The notes under the pieces were generated by a model. It worked only from the letters and a program-made list of their open reading frames with translations, was not told the DNA's origin and did no database searches. This document shows, one piece after another, positions 1 through 9,672 of a stretch of 64,000 bases of DNA. Both the position numbers and the translations under genes were made by a program. Every line of letters begins with the position of its first letter. Within the stretch, counting starts at the first letter, position 1. The DNA is from Desulfatiglandales bacterium (GTDB lineage: Bacteria; Desulfobacterota; DSM-4660; Desulfatiglandales; HGW-15), in contig CAXXJJ010000001.1 in the NCBI GenBank assembly GCA_963667015.2, positions 2,368,001 through 2,432,000 on the forward strand, written 5' to 3'.

Positions 1-135
1 GTTCCTGTGAGACTCGGAAAAAACGGAGTTTCGGAGATACTGGAATACGAGCTCGCTCCGGATGAAATTGAAGGCGTGAAAAAGACCGTTGCCACACTTA
101 AAGCAGCTGCCCGGGTTGTGGAAGAAAATTTGTAG
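1..135 (+). CDS. Malate/lactate dehydrogenase family protein, C-terminal fragment (runs off window edge)
   Basis: Frame 1 reads VPVRLGKNGVSEILEYELAPDEIEGVKKTVATLKAAARVVEENL*, typical of the LDH/MDH C-terminus (VP..LG..GV..I.E..L). Confidence 0.7.
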   Translation, partial: VPVRLGKNGVSEILEYELAPDEIEGVKKTVATLKAAARVVEENL

Positions 136-192
136 CCCTCATTTATAGCCTTTATCACAAAAATGTGTAATCCCTTTTAGAAGGAGATAAAC

Positions 193-2313
193 ATGCGCAA
201 TAAGTTTCAAAAGTTATTCGAACCGGGTATGATCGGCCCTGTAAAGGTTAAAAATCGAATAATTAAAACTGCCAACGGTACATCTTTTGTTGATCCTGAT
301 CAGACTGTGGGTGAAAGGATGATCACCTATTATGAAAGACTTGCAAAAGGCGGTGTGGGCTTCCTGGTTGTGGAATCCTGCGGAACTGAATATCCGCTGG
401 GCATACAGCATGTCGATTATGACGCTGAGGGTAATTATCATGGAGTACAGCTTCATATGGATGATGACCGGCTGATCCCCGGGTTTAAAAATCTGACCGA
501 TGCAGTACATAAACATGATTGCAAAGTGTCCATACAATTCCAGCACGCGGGTCCCTGGAATCCTACAGGAAAGCTTCCCAGGGATATGAAAATCCGGGAT
601 ATCAAATGCGCCTCAGATATGACTGAAGAAGAGTTGCCCGGCCCTGATTTTTTACCCTGCCGTGAAATGACAAGGGATGAACTGGAGGAGCAAATCGATT
701 TATGGGCTGCTGCCGCTGAAAGGGCCTACAGGGCTGGTTTTGATGCCTGTGAAATAAATCATGGCACCGCCCACCAGGGTAATACTTTTTTATCACGAAT
801 CTGGAATAAAAGGACTGACGAATACGGCCCGCAGAGTTATGAGAACCGGACACGGTTTCTTCGTAGATGCGTTGAGGAAGCAAGAAAACGAACCGGTCCT
901 GATTTTGCCATTCATGTCCTGATGAATGCAGTAGAGTATAACAATCCAAGGGCTACTACCCTTGAAGAAGGAGTCGAACTGGTAAAATGCGTAGCCGAAG
1001 TAGCGGACGGAATAAACCTGAGGGGTGAACGATATGGCCACCGGGGAGGATTGATACAGCCTGACCGCATATTGTATCCCGAACCGCCGGATGACCTGCC
1101 AAAAGATTATGACTGGAGCCGTAATGGGCGGGGAGCATCGGTTCCCCTGGTGGAAGCGGTAAAGGCCGGAGGTGTTAAGATTCCGGTATGGACCGCCTGC
1201 CGACTGGACCCGGAACTGGGCGAAGAATACCTGCAAAAGGGAAGTCTTGATTTTGTGGGTATGACAAGGCGCCTGCTGGCTGATCCGGATCTGCCCAACA
1301 AGGCCAGAGAAGGCCGCCTGGAAGATATCCGCTGGTGCAATGGCTGTCTCTACTGCTTTGACTGCCGCAACCGGAATAAGGTACTGGCGTGCAGAACAAA
1401 CCCGTATCTTGGTAAATACCATCTTCCTGAATTTCAACCAAAACCTGTTACAACTAAAAAGAAAGTAATGGTCATTGGCGGAGGCCCTTCCGGGATGGAG
1501 GCTGCCCGTGTTGCTGCCCGGCGTGGACACGAAGTAGTTTTGTATGAAAAAAACAGTTATCTTGGAGGATTGATTCCCCTGGCTGCAATTGTGAAGGATC
1601 TGGAAACAGAAGATATGACTCTGTTTGTCAGATACCTTTCCACACAGCTGAAAAAGGAAGGAGTTAAAGTTAATCTGAAGTCCGAGGTTACTACTGATGT
1701 AATACAGCGCGAGCGCCCTGATGTGCTGGTTATTGCTGTCGGTGCAGCCCATGGCGAGATTGGAGTGCCGGGGGCTGATCATCCAAAGGTGATAAATACA
1801 GAAAAGCTTCATGGCATGCTCAAATTTTTCCTGAAATTCTTAAGCTCTACACAGATGGAAAAATTATCCAGACTCTGGATGCCGCTGGGAAAAAGTGTTG
1901 TTATCATGGGCGGCACCCTTCATGGCTGCGAACTGGCGGAATATCTTATCAAGCGTAATCGCAGGGTAACCATGGTGCACAATGGTCCGGAAGAAGAACT
2001 GGGTGACCGCATGACAATTGACGACATGGTAAGTCTCTGGCCATGGCTGAAACAGAACCATGTACCCATATGGTCTGACGTTGAGTATCGTAATATCGAT
2101 GATAGAGGACTGGAGGTAAGTTTAAAGGACAAACGAAAATATATTCTAAAAGGAAAAAACATCATAAGTACACAGGACTGGGAACCTAATAAGAGCATTA
2201 TAGAACAGTTCAAGGGTCTTGTGGCTGAGACCTACGAGATAGGCAGCTGCAAAGAACCCGGTTTGATAGTTGATGCCATGAGAGATGGAGCCAAAGTCGG
2301 ATGTGAGATTTAA
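193..2313 (+). CDS. NADH:flavin oxidoreductase (old yellow enzyme / 2,4-dienoyl-CoA reductase-like, FMN + 4Fe-4S + FAD)
   Basis: KNRI N-terminus, AGFDACEI, RTDEYG..ENR, CNGCLYC Fe-S motif, VIGGGPSG Rossmann; RBS AAGGAG. Confidence 0.9.
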   Translation: MRNKFQKLFEPGMIGPVKVKNRIIKTANGTSFVDPDQTVGERMITYYERLAKGGVGFLVVESCGTEYPLGIQHVDYDAEGNYHGVQLHMDDDRLIPGFKNLTDAVHKHDCKVSIQFQHAGPWNPTGKLPRDMKIRDIKCASDMTEEELPGPDFLPCREMTRDELEEQIDLWAAAAERAYRAGFDACEINHGTAHQGNTFLSRIWNKRTDEYGPQSYENRTRFLRRCVEEARKRTGPDFAIHVLMNAVEYNNPRATTLEEGVELVKCVAEVADGINLRGERYGHRGGLIQPDRILYPEPPDDLPKDYDWSRNGRGASVPLVEAVKAGGVKIPVWTACRLDPELGEEYLQKGSLDFVGMTRRLLADPDLPNKAREGRLEDIRWCNGCLYCFDCRNRNKVLACRTNPYLGKYHLPEFQPKPVTTKKKVMVIGGGPSGMEAARVAARRGHEVVLYEKNSYLGGLIPLAAIVKDLETEDMTLFVRYLSTQLKKEGVKVNLKSEVTTDVIQRERPDVLVIAVGAAHGEIGVPGADHPKVINTEKLHGMLKFFLKFLSSTQMEKLSRLWMPLGKSVVIMGGTLHGCELAEYLIKRNRRVTMVHNGPEEELGDRMTIDDMVSLWPWLKQNHVPIWSDVEYRNIDDRGLEVSLKDKRKYILKGKNIISTQDWEPNKSIIEQFKGLVAETYEIGSCKEPGLIVDAMRDGAKVGCEI

Positions 2314-2392
2314 CAGTAGTTTAGAAACTTCCTGTACTGAACTGGGCGGGTTATTTGACAATCAGGTCTGAAAATCCTTAAGGAGGTCGTGG

Positions 2393-4057
2393 ATGTTTAA
2401 ATTGCTTGAAGGTGTTGTTCCATACAAATCAGAAGATGAAGCTGTATACATCAATAGAGGCTGGTGGCGCGGTTTTACTCTGGGTGATTACCTTGACCTG
2501 GCAGCGGATATCCATCCGGATAAAGAGGCCTTTGTGGACAGGATCAGCCGATATACCTATGGCCAGGCTCGCGAAAAGTCTGACCGGCTGGGAATCGGTC
2601 TGATTAAACTGGGTATAGAGCCACTCGATCGCGTCCTTATACAGCTGCCCAACTGGAATGAATTCATTTTTGCATATTTTGCCTGCCAGAAGATCGGTGC
2701 CATTCCTGTTCTGCTTATTGACAGATACCGTAAGTTTGAGATTGATAGACTGTTGAAACTCACAGGCGCGACATCCTGGATTGTCCCGGCAGGTACTCAT
2801 AAATTTGATTTCAAGCCCTTGATCAGCAGCGTATTAATCGATAATCCTGAAATAAAAAATGTGATTACTGTCCGGGGAAAGATCGATGGTCCGGTTTTTA
2901 AGAGTATGGAAGACCTGATCGAAGAAAATACATTAGCCCGGGATGATAACGATTTACTTGCCTGCCGCAGACCGGATCCCTGTCAGGTTGCCCACATGGG
3001 ACCCACAGGAGGAACAACCGGGGAGCCGAAAATAGTGCCCCGCACCCATAACAGCCTTGCGTGTGCTGTCGAGTTCTGCTCCAGGTCATGGGATCAGCAC
3101 TGCGAAGATATCAACATGATTGTCGGTCCGGTCGGGCATGATCTTTCTTTCTCAAAGGGCCTGCTGGGGAGCGTGATTACCCAGGGAAAGCTCGTGTTCC
3201 AGAGTACGACAGATAACGCGGATATCTGCCGGACAATTGAAAAGGAGCGTGTTACCTCAATAATCTGGGTACCCACACTGGCGCAAAGGCTGCTTCAGTT
3301 TGAAGACACGGGTAAATACGATCTTGGCTCGGTAAGGAAGATGCACTCCGGAGGAGGTGCAAGCCACAGTGAGATGGTGAAAGAAATCATGGATCGTTTC
3401 GGGATACGCTATTACAATGGATACGGCGGAACCGAGGGTATGACCTGCATTACCCGCACTGCTGATGATTGTGATACTATCTGCGGCACGGTTGGAAGGC
3501 AGACATTCCCATATGATATCTATAAAGTGGTTGATGCCGAGGGATGCGAACTTCCCTGCAATACTCCCGGTGAATTAATGGTGAAAGGACCATGTGTTTT
3601 TTCCGGATATTACAATAACCCTGAAGAAAATTACAGAGTCTTTGATAAGGATGGCTTCTTTAAAACCGGCGATATAGCCACTATAAGCGAAGAGGGTTAT
3701 ATCAGGCTTTGCGGAAGAATAAAGGAGATGATCAACAGAGGAGGGGAGAGTATAAGTGCCACTGATATCGAAAAACTGATCATTCTTCACCCCGGGGTCG
3801 CGGTTGTAGGAGTTATTCCCATGCCTGACAAACTAATGGGAGAAAGGGTATGTGCCTATATTGAACCGGAAAAAAATAAGGTGCTGACATTTGAACACAT
3901 TATTGAATTCTTAAAATCCCGGAATGCTTCTGTACTGCAGTTTCCCGAGAGAATCGTGTTTGTAGATAAAATGCCTATGACCGGTGTAGGTAAACTGGAT
4001 AAAAAGGCATTGCGTAAAGATATTGAAAAAAAGATAATGAATGAAGTCAAAATATAA
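2393..4057 (+). CDS. AMP-dependent acyl/aryl-CoA ligase (DhbE/EntE-like)
   Basis: TGGTTGEPK P-loop, YGGTEG, FKTGD, GRIKEMINRGGE, GKLDKK. Confidence 0.9.
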   Translation: MFKLLEGVVPYKSEDEAVYINRGWWRGFTLGDYLDLAADIHPDKEAFVDRISRYTYGQAREKSDRLGIGLIKLGIEPLDRVLIQLPNWNEFIFAYFACQKIGAIPVLLIDRYRKFEIDRLLKLTGATSWIVPAGTHKFDFKPLISSVLIDNPEIKNVITVRGKIDGPVFKSMEDLIEENTLARDDNDLLACRRPDPCQVAHMGPTGGTTGEPKIVPRTHNSLACAVEFCSRSWDQHCEDINMIVGPVGHDLSFSKGLLGSVITQGKLVFQSTTDNADICRTIEKERVTSIIWVPTLAQRLLQFEDTGKYDLGSVRKMHSGGGASHSEMVKEIMDRFGIRYYNGYGGTEGMTCITRTADDCDTICGTVGRQTFPYDIYKVVDAEGCELPCNTPGELMVKGPCVFSGYYNNPEENYRVFDKDGFFKTGDIATISEEGYIRLCGRIKEMINRGGESISATDIEKLIILHPGVAVVGVIPMPDKLMGERVCAYIEPEKNKVLTFEHIIEFLKSRNASVLQFPERIVFVDKMPMTGVGKLDKKALRKDIEKKIMNEVKI

Positions 4058-4078
4058 CAGAAAGGAGTTTATATTTTA

Positions 4079-4633
4079 ATGTCCGCAAAAGAAATAAGGG
4101 TTCACGGTCGTGGAGGACAGGGTGCCGTACTGGCGGCTAAAATGCTTGCATCTGCCTGTGCCTATGAGGGGCAGCATGTTGCAAGTTTCCCAATGTACGG
4201 ATTTGAACGCAGAGGAATGCCGGTTATCGCATTCACGCGTTTTGACACAAAACCAATTCGGGAGAAAACTCAGGTCTACACCCCGGACTGTATTATGGTT
4301 ATTGATCCCACTCTAATGGATCTTCCGACTTTATACGATGGCCTGAAACCGGGCGGAGTACTCATTCTAAACAGCGCCAAACCGTTTGAAAGTCAGCCTG
4401 TAAAAAATCTGAAAAAGGCAGGAGTCATCAATGCCACCCAGGTTGCCCTGTGTGAGATCGGCAGGGATATCCCTAATACATGCCTGCTGGGAGCTTTAGC
4501 CGCCACAACAGGATGGGTCAAACTGGAATCAATTCTAAAGGGATTCTCCGATTATCTGAAAGGCGATATCCTGGAGAGAAACATCCGAAATGCGCAAAGA
4601 GGATTTGATGAAGTGGAGGTGCATTCATGGTAA
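4079..4633 (+). CDS. 2-oxoacid:ferredoxin oxidoreductase gamma subunit (PorC/PadE-like)
   Basis: EIRVHGRGGQG, FPMYGFERRG motifs. Confidence 0.9.
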   Translation: MSAKEIRVHGRGGQGAVLAAKMLASACAYEGQHVASFPMYGFERRGMPVIAFTRFDTKPIREKTQVYTPDCIMVIDPTLMDLPTLYDGLKPGGVLILNSAKPFESQPVKNLKKAGVINATQVALCEIGRDIPNTCLLGALAATTGWVKLESILKGFSDYLKGDILERNIRNAQRGFDEVEVHSW

Positions 4634-4935
4634 TTAATAAGGAAGAGAAATATATTTATGATACCGAGGCGGCCTGGTCCGATGGCAACAAAACCCTTCT
4701 CTGTCTTAAAACCGGTGAGTGGAGGACATCACGTCCGGTCGTAAATATAGATGTATGTAATGTCTGCGGCATATGCATGACCTACTGCCCCACTCAATGC
4801 ATCACAGCCGGTGATGACGATTATGTAATAAATCTGGAATACTGCAAGGGCTGCGGTATCTGTGCCATGGAATGCCCTAAAAAAGCGATAACCATGACGC
4901 CGGAAGGAGAGTATGCTGATGACTGCACAATCTAA
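4627..4935 (+). CDS. 2-oxoacid:ferredoxin oxidoreductase delta subunit (2x4Fe-4S; PorD/PadF-like)
   Basis: KTGEWR..RP, CNVCGICMTYCP, YCKGCGICAMECP. Confidence 0.9.
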   Translation: MVINKEEKYIYDTEAAWSDGNKTLLCLKTGEWRTSRPVVNIDVCNVCGICMTYCPTQCITAGDDDYVINLEYCKGCGICAMECPKKAITMTPEGEYADDCTI

Positions 4936-6106
4936 AAATATAAAGGTAATTACCGGAAATGCCTCAGCCGCATACTCGGTACTGCGCTGCCGACCCGATG
5001 TGGTTTCCGCTTATCCGATTACACCCCAGAGCGAACTGGTGGAACAGCTTGCCAAATTTCATGCCGACGGCATCCTTGACTGTGAATACGTGGCGGTAGA
5101 GGGAGAAAATTCTGCACAGAATGTAGCCTGTGCTGCGGTAATGGGCGGCGGTCGAGGCTTTACAGCCACCTCATCCTATGGCCTTGTATATATGTATGAC
5201 ACACTGCTTCAAACTGCAGGCTATCGTGCTCCGCTGGTAATGGTAAACGTAAACCGTGAGCCCCCTGGAATTCACGCGGTTTATTCAGGCCAGCAGGATA
5301 TGATATCGACAAGGGATTCCGGATGGGTACAGGTTATTGTTGAGAATAATCAGGAAATCTTTGATACGATAATCATGGCCTATCGGCTGGCCGAAGATTA
5401 TGATATCCAGCTGCCGGTTATGGTAAATTACGATGGTTACTATCTCTCTTTTCTGGCCGAGAAGGTAGAGATCTCCGAACAGGAAGATGTTGATCGTTTT
5501 CTGGCACCGTTGAAAGAACAGCCTCAAAGGATGAAGGTCATCCCGGGTGCAGGTACAGGTTGCGGAAGCCACGGTATTGGCATGGGATTTGTAGAATACC
5601 GCAAAAAACATATGGCGGCCATGGAACGCGTAAAAGATAAACTGGACTGTATTGATGCCAGTTTCAGGGAGGCCTTCGGGCGCGGCTATTACGGCCAGAT
5701 CGAGGCCTACAGATGTGATGATGCAGATATTGTTCTGGTAACGTCAGGAAGTGTCACAGGTACTGCAAGGACAGTAATTGATGCAAAACGAGAAGAAGGC
5801 ATAAAGGTCGGACTGGTGAAATTAAGACTCTTTCGCCCGTTCCCGGTGGAAAAGCTGGGTGAGGTGCTGAAGGGCAGAAAGGCAATAGGCGTTCTGGATC
5901 GCAGTATATGTTTCGGATGGAACTGCGGTCCTGTTTATATGGAGGTCAATGCCATAACAAAGCACATCGGCATAATACCCATGCTGAGTTTCATTGACGG
6001 TCTGGCCAACATGGATATTTCACAGGAACATATTGCCGGCATGGTGGACGACATTTATAATGCATCGCAAGGTAAACCCTACCAGGAAGTTACCTGGTTA
6101 CCATAA
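4913..6106 (+). CDS. 2-oxoacid:ferredoxin oxidoreductase alpha subunit (PorA/PadG-like)
   Basis: AYPITPQS, FTATSSYGL, KLRLFRPFP. Confidence 0.9.
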   Translation: MLMTAQSKNIKVITGNASAAYSVLRCRPDVVSAYPITPQSELVEQLAKFHADGILDCEYVAVEGENSAQNVACAAVMGGGRGFTATSSYGLVYMYDTLLQTAGYRAPLVMVNVNREPPGIHAVYSGQQDMISTRDSGWVQVIVENNQEIFDTIIMAYRLAEDYDIQLPVMVNYDGYYLSFLAEKVEISEQEDVDRFLAPLKEQPQRMKVIPGAGTGCGSHGIGMGFVEYRKKHMAAMERVKDKLDCIDASFREAFGRGYYGQIEAYRCDDADIVLVTSGSVTGTARTVIDAKREEGIKVGLVKLRLFRPFPVEKLGEVLKGRKAIGVLDRSICFGWNCGPVYMEVNAITKHIGIIPMLSFIDGLANMDISQEHIAGMVDDIYNASQGKPYQEVTWLP

Positions 6107-6123
6107 GCAGGAAAGGATTCATA

Positions 6124-7050
6124 ATGGCTGAGAAAATAAAGAAAATGCCCAAAGTTACTGAATACTACTGTGACGAAGACCAGTTTTCTCCGGGGAATGC
6201 GTGTTGTCCCGGCTGTATAATGGAGTTGAATCTTCGTCTGGTTTCTAAAATTATGGGGAAGGATATTGTTCTGTTTGGTACCCCCGGCTGCAGTGCTCCG
6301 ACCATTCACGGCCAGAACGATCAGGCCTGGCATAAGCATTCATACTATGCGAATGTAATGACCGGTGTAGCTTCCAGTGCAACAGGATTGTCGCGTTATT
6401 ATAAAAAGGCCGGGATTGATGCAACAATCATCTGCCATACAGGAGACGGCTGTGCACAGGATATAGGGCTTCAAACCATAAGCGGAGCTGCCGAACGTAA
6501 CGAAAACATAATTTATATCTGCTACGACAATGAAGGTTATATGAACACCGGTGTTCAAAGAAGCAGTGCCACACCCTACGGGGCATCTACAAGTACAACC
6601 CCTGCCGGATCGAAAAGTATTGGTAAAACAACTGCCTCAAAGAACATGCCCATGATCATGTCCATGCATGACATACCCTATGTTGCTACGGCAACACTGA
6701 GTCATCTGGAGGACTACGCCAAAAAACTTGTCAAGGCAAAGGAAATGGTCAGGGAAGGATTTGTATACCTGCACGTATTCTGCCCGTGCACAACAGGCTG
6801 GAAGGTCCCGCAGGATGCCTCTATACAGGTTTGCCGCGCAGCAGTTCAGACCAATTATTTCCCGTTGTGGGAAGTTGAGAACGGGACCTATAGAATTACT
6901 CAACCGGTCAGTAAACCGAAACCCATATCCGAAATGCTGAAACTTATTGGAAAGTTTAAGCATCTGGGAGAAGAGGATATAGCCATTCTGCAACAGCAGT
7001 CAGATAAAAGGTTCAGTATTTTAAACGCGCTTTGTGAAATGGGCTCCTGA
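6124..7050 (+). CDS. 2-oxoacid:ferredoxin oxidoreductase beta subunit (TPP-binding; PorB/PadI-like)
   Basis: CPGC, GDG...DNEGYMNTGVQRS TPP motif, PCTTGW. Confidence 0.9.
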   Translation: MAEKIKKMPKVTEYYCDEDQFSPGNACCPGCIMELNLRLVSKIMGKDIVLFGTPGCSAPTIHGQNDQAWHKHSYYANVMTGVASSATGLSRYYKKAGIDATIICHTGDGCAQDIGLQTISGAAERNENIIYICYDNEGYMNTGVQRSSATPYGASTSTTPAGSKSIGKTTASKNMPMIMSMHDIPYVATATLSHLEDYAKKLVKAKEMVREGFVYLHVFCPCTTGWKVPQDASIQVCRAAVQTNYFPLWEVENGTYRITQPVSKPKPISEMLKLIGKFKHLGEEDIAILQQQSDKRFSILNALCEMGS

Positions 7051-7178
7051 GACTCGGTTTTACATATATAATTGACATATAAGTCTTTTCCGGGTTAATT
7101 CTTTTTAATAATTCAAGGAAAAGGATTAACATATCAGGAACATTCAATCGGACAGATAAAGAGATAAGAGGGATTATA

Positions 7179-9116
7179 ATGGCTACAAAATTTCCTAACC
7201 TGTTTCAACCCATCAAAGTCGGAAACCTTACACTTAAAAACCGAATCACCAGTGCACCAATTTATAATTTTCTTGCTTCCTATGATAACCATGTTACACG
7301 GGAATGCATAGAGTTCTCAAAACCATACGGGAAAGGCGGGACTGCGACTGTAACTCTGGGCAGCGGATTTATAAACAGGGATCTGCCGCCGGCAGCACAT
7401 CATATTGTGGGAATGAGTGATGACTTTATGGTTGTCTATCTTTCGGAATGGTGTGAGGCAGTTAAAAGGCTCGGCTCAAAGGCATGTGTTGAGCTTGTTC
7501 CTATCGCCTCCTATTTCGGGACCCATGAGGTTGAAAGCTCTGTCGGTATACCAATGGAAATCGACTGTAATCTGCTGACTGAAAAAGAACTCAAGGATTT
7601 TATTGAGGACTATGCAAAGGCAGCAGGCACTATTGCAAGGGCTGATGGAGATATGGTGCTGATACACGGCGCCCATTGTCAGCTGCCCGCACTTTTATTT
7701 TCAAAGGTTTTTAATAAACGAACAGATCAGTACGGCCCACAATCCTTCGAGAACCGGTGCCGTTTTGCCGTGGAAATCCTTGAAGCTATCCGTGCTGAAG
7801 TCGGTAATAAACTTTCCATTGAATACCGAATAAGCGCAATTGATATGGTCCCGGGTTCTCCTGATATTGAAGAGGTAATCGAGTTTGCAAAGGTCATACA
7901 GGATAAAATTGATCTACTTCATGTCTCAAGGGGCGCTCTGGCAATTAACAAGCTTACTCCCTATATTCTTCCGCCTGCCTATATGGACCATAATATAAAT
8001 ATTGAATATGCTGCACAATTCAAAAAGGCCCTTGATATACCCGTGAGCGCAGTTGGGGCGGTTACACTTGAAGAGGCAGACAAAGCCATAGCAGAAGGCA
8101 AAGTTGACATGGTTGCCCTGGGCCGCCAGCTGCTTGCAGACCCTGAAACATGCAATAAGCTGGAGCGCGGCCAGGAAGATACAATCAGGCCCTGCATACG
8201 CTGTAATACATGTATCAGCAGGAGCCACTTCGGTATGAAACCGCCCAGGTGTGCGGTTAACCCTGTACTTGGCCGTGAAGTGGATTATTCCTATGCCCAG
8301 CCGGCAAATGTAAAGAAAAAAGTAGTTGTTGTTGGCGGAGGTCCTGCCGGGCTCGAAGCCGCCAGAACTGCTGCTGGTCGTGGTCATGATGTAGTCCTGT
8401 TTGAAAAGGAAGCACAGGTCGGCGGACTTATACGTGAAGCAAGTTTGCCCCCCTTTAAAACAGACCTGAAAAAATATCTTGAATGGTCTGTCCGAATGAC
8501 GAAGCAGAACCCTGACATCGATATAAGGCTTTCTACTGAGGCAACCCCTGAACTTGTCGCGAAGGAAAATGCCGATGCCCTTATTATTGCTGTAGGGGCT
8601 ACTCCCAATGTCCCGGCCCTTACCTGTAAGGACAAGTCAAAGGTAATATGGGTAGGTGATCTGGAAAAGGAATCCATAGATATTGGAAACAGCATTCTTA
8701 TAGTTGGTGCTGGTTTGACAGGCTGTGAAACTGCCCTCAAGTATCTGCAGGAAGGTAGACGTGTAACCCTGATTGATGCCCTGCCAAGGGAGCAGCTTGG
8801 ACTGGGATCATCACCAATAAATGCATATTATCTCTTTGATATTCTGGAAGAACATAATGTAGATTTGAGGCCTGATACATGGCTGGTTGATGTAACGAAT
8901 GACCATGCTGTTATCAAACGTGACGGAAAAGAAGAGAACCTTGTGTTAGATAATGTCATTTTGGCTTCAGGCATGAAGGCAAATGCTGATTCCGAACTTA
9001 TCAGAGAGTTGAAGGCAACTGTTGCTGAGAATTATGTTATTGGCGACAGCAATACCAGCCATGGCACCCTCTGGAATGCCGTGACCAGCGGTTTTGATGC
9101 CGCCATGGCAATATAG
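7179..9116 (+). CDS. Second NADH:flavin oxidoreductase (old yellow enzyme family)
   Basis: LKNRI, IHGAH, NKRTDQYG, CIRCNTC, VVGGGPAG. Confidence 0.9.
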   Translation: MATKFPNLFQPIKVGNLTLKNRITSAPIYNFLASYDNHVTRECIEFSKPYGKGGTATVTLGSGFINRDLPPAAHHIVGMSDDFMVVYLSEWCEAVKRLGSKACVELVPIASYFGTHEVESSVGIPMEIDCNLLTEKELKDFIEDYAKAAGTIARADGDMVLIHGAHCQLPALLFSKVFNKRTDQYGPQSFENRCRFAVEILEAIRAEVGNKLSIEYRISAIDMVPGSPDIEEVIEFAKVIQDKIDLLHVSRGALAINKLTPYILPPAYMDHNINIEYAAQFKKALDIPVSAVGAVTLEEADKAIAEGKVDMVALGRQLLADPETCNKLERGQEDTIRPCIRCNTCISRSHFGMKPPRCAVNPVLGREVDYSYAQPANVKKKVVVVGGGPAGLEAARTAAGRGHDVVLFEKEAQVGGLIREASLPPFKTDLKKYLEWSVRMTKQNPDIDIRLSTEATPELVAKENADALIIAVGATPNVPALTCKDKSKVIWVGDLEKESIDIGNSILIVGAGLTGCETALKYLQEGRRVTLIDALPREQLGLGSSPINAYYLFDILEEHNVDLRPDTWLVDVTNDHAVIKRDGKEENLVLDNVILASGMKANADSELIRELKATVAENYVIGDSNTSHGTLWNAVTSGFDAAMAI

Positions 9117-9223
9117 CTGCCATAAATAGTTTTTAGGTGTGGACATCAGGTGAAAATATGGTTTATAAATGCATGTTTTGTTGAATAACAGAAACCAGAT
9201 AAAAAATAGAGGAGGAATTTATT

Positions 9224-9616
9224 ATGCAGAAAGTATATGATTTCTTAAAAGAATGCGGAACTTATTATCTCGCCACTGTAGATGGTGATCAGGCCAGAGT
9301 ACGCCCCTTTGGTACCTACCTTATTTTTGAAGATAAGCTCTACATCCAGACCGGAAAGGTAAAGGATGTTTCAAAGCAGATGATGGCAAACCCGAAGGTT
9401 GAGATCTGTGCCTTTTCAGGTCAAAAATGGATACGTATTGCTGCCACAGTAGTAGAGGATGACAGGATTGAAGCAAAACAGGCCATGCTGGATGCATATC
9501 CCCAGCTGCAGGCAATGTACAAGGCTGATGATGACAATACTCAGGTCCTGTACCTTAAAGATGCTATTGCCACAATTTCTTCTTTTGGCGGCGAACCTGA
9601 AGTAATAAAATTCTAA
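9224..9616 (+). CDS. Pyridoxamine 5'-phosphate oxidase-like (NimC/NimA family) flavin-binding protein
   Basis: YLATVDGDQARVRPF ... NPKVEIC split-barrel signature; RBS GAGGAGG. Confidence 0.8.
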   Translation: MQKVYDFLKECGTYYLATVDGDQARVRPFGTYLIFEDKLYIQTGKVKDVSKQMMANPKVEICAFSGQKWIRIAATVVEDDRIEAKQAMLDAYPQLQAMYKADDDNTQVLYLKDAIATISSFGGEPEVIKF

Positions 9617-9633
9617 TAGAATACACACATACA

Positions 9634-9661
9634 CCTGAAGCCGGAGAAATCCGGCTTCAGG
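9634..9661. terminator. Hairpin between convergent genes, probable terminator
   Basis: CCTGAAGCCGGA-GAAA-TCCGGCTTCAGG, perfect 12-bp stem. Confidence 0.75.
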
Positions 9662-9672
9662 GCTGCCTTTCT

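Noticed and set aside
793..1812. 339-aa antisense ORF (and similar shadow ORFs throughout the window)
   Set aside because: Lies opposite a well-supported gene and has no motifs
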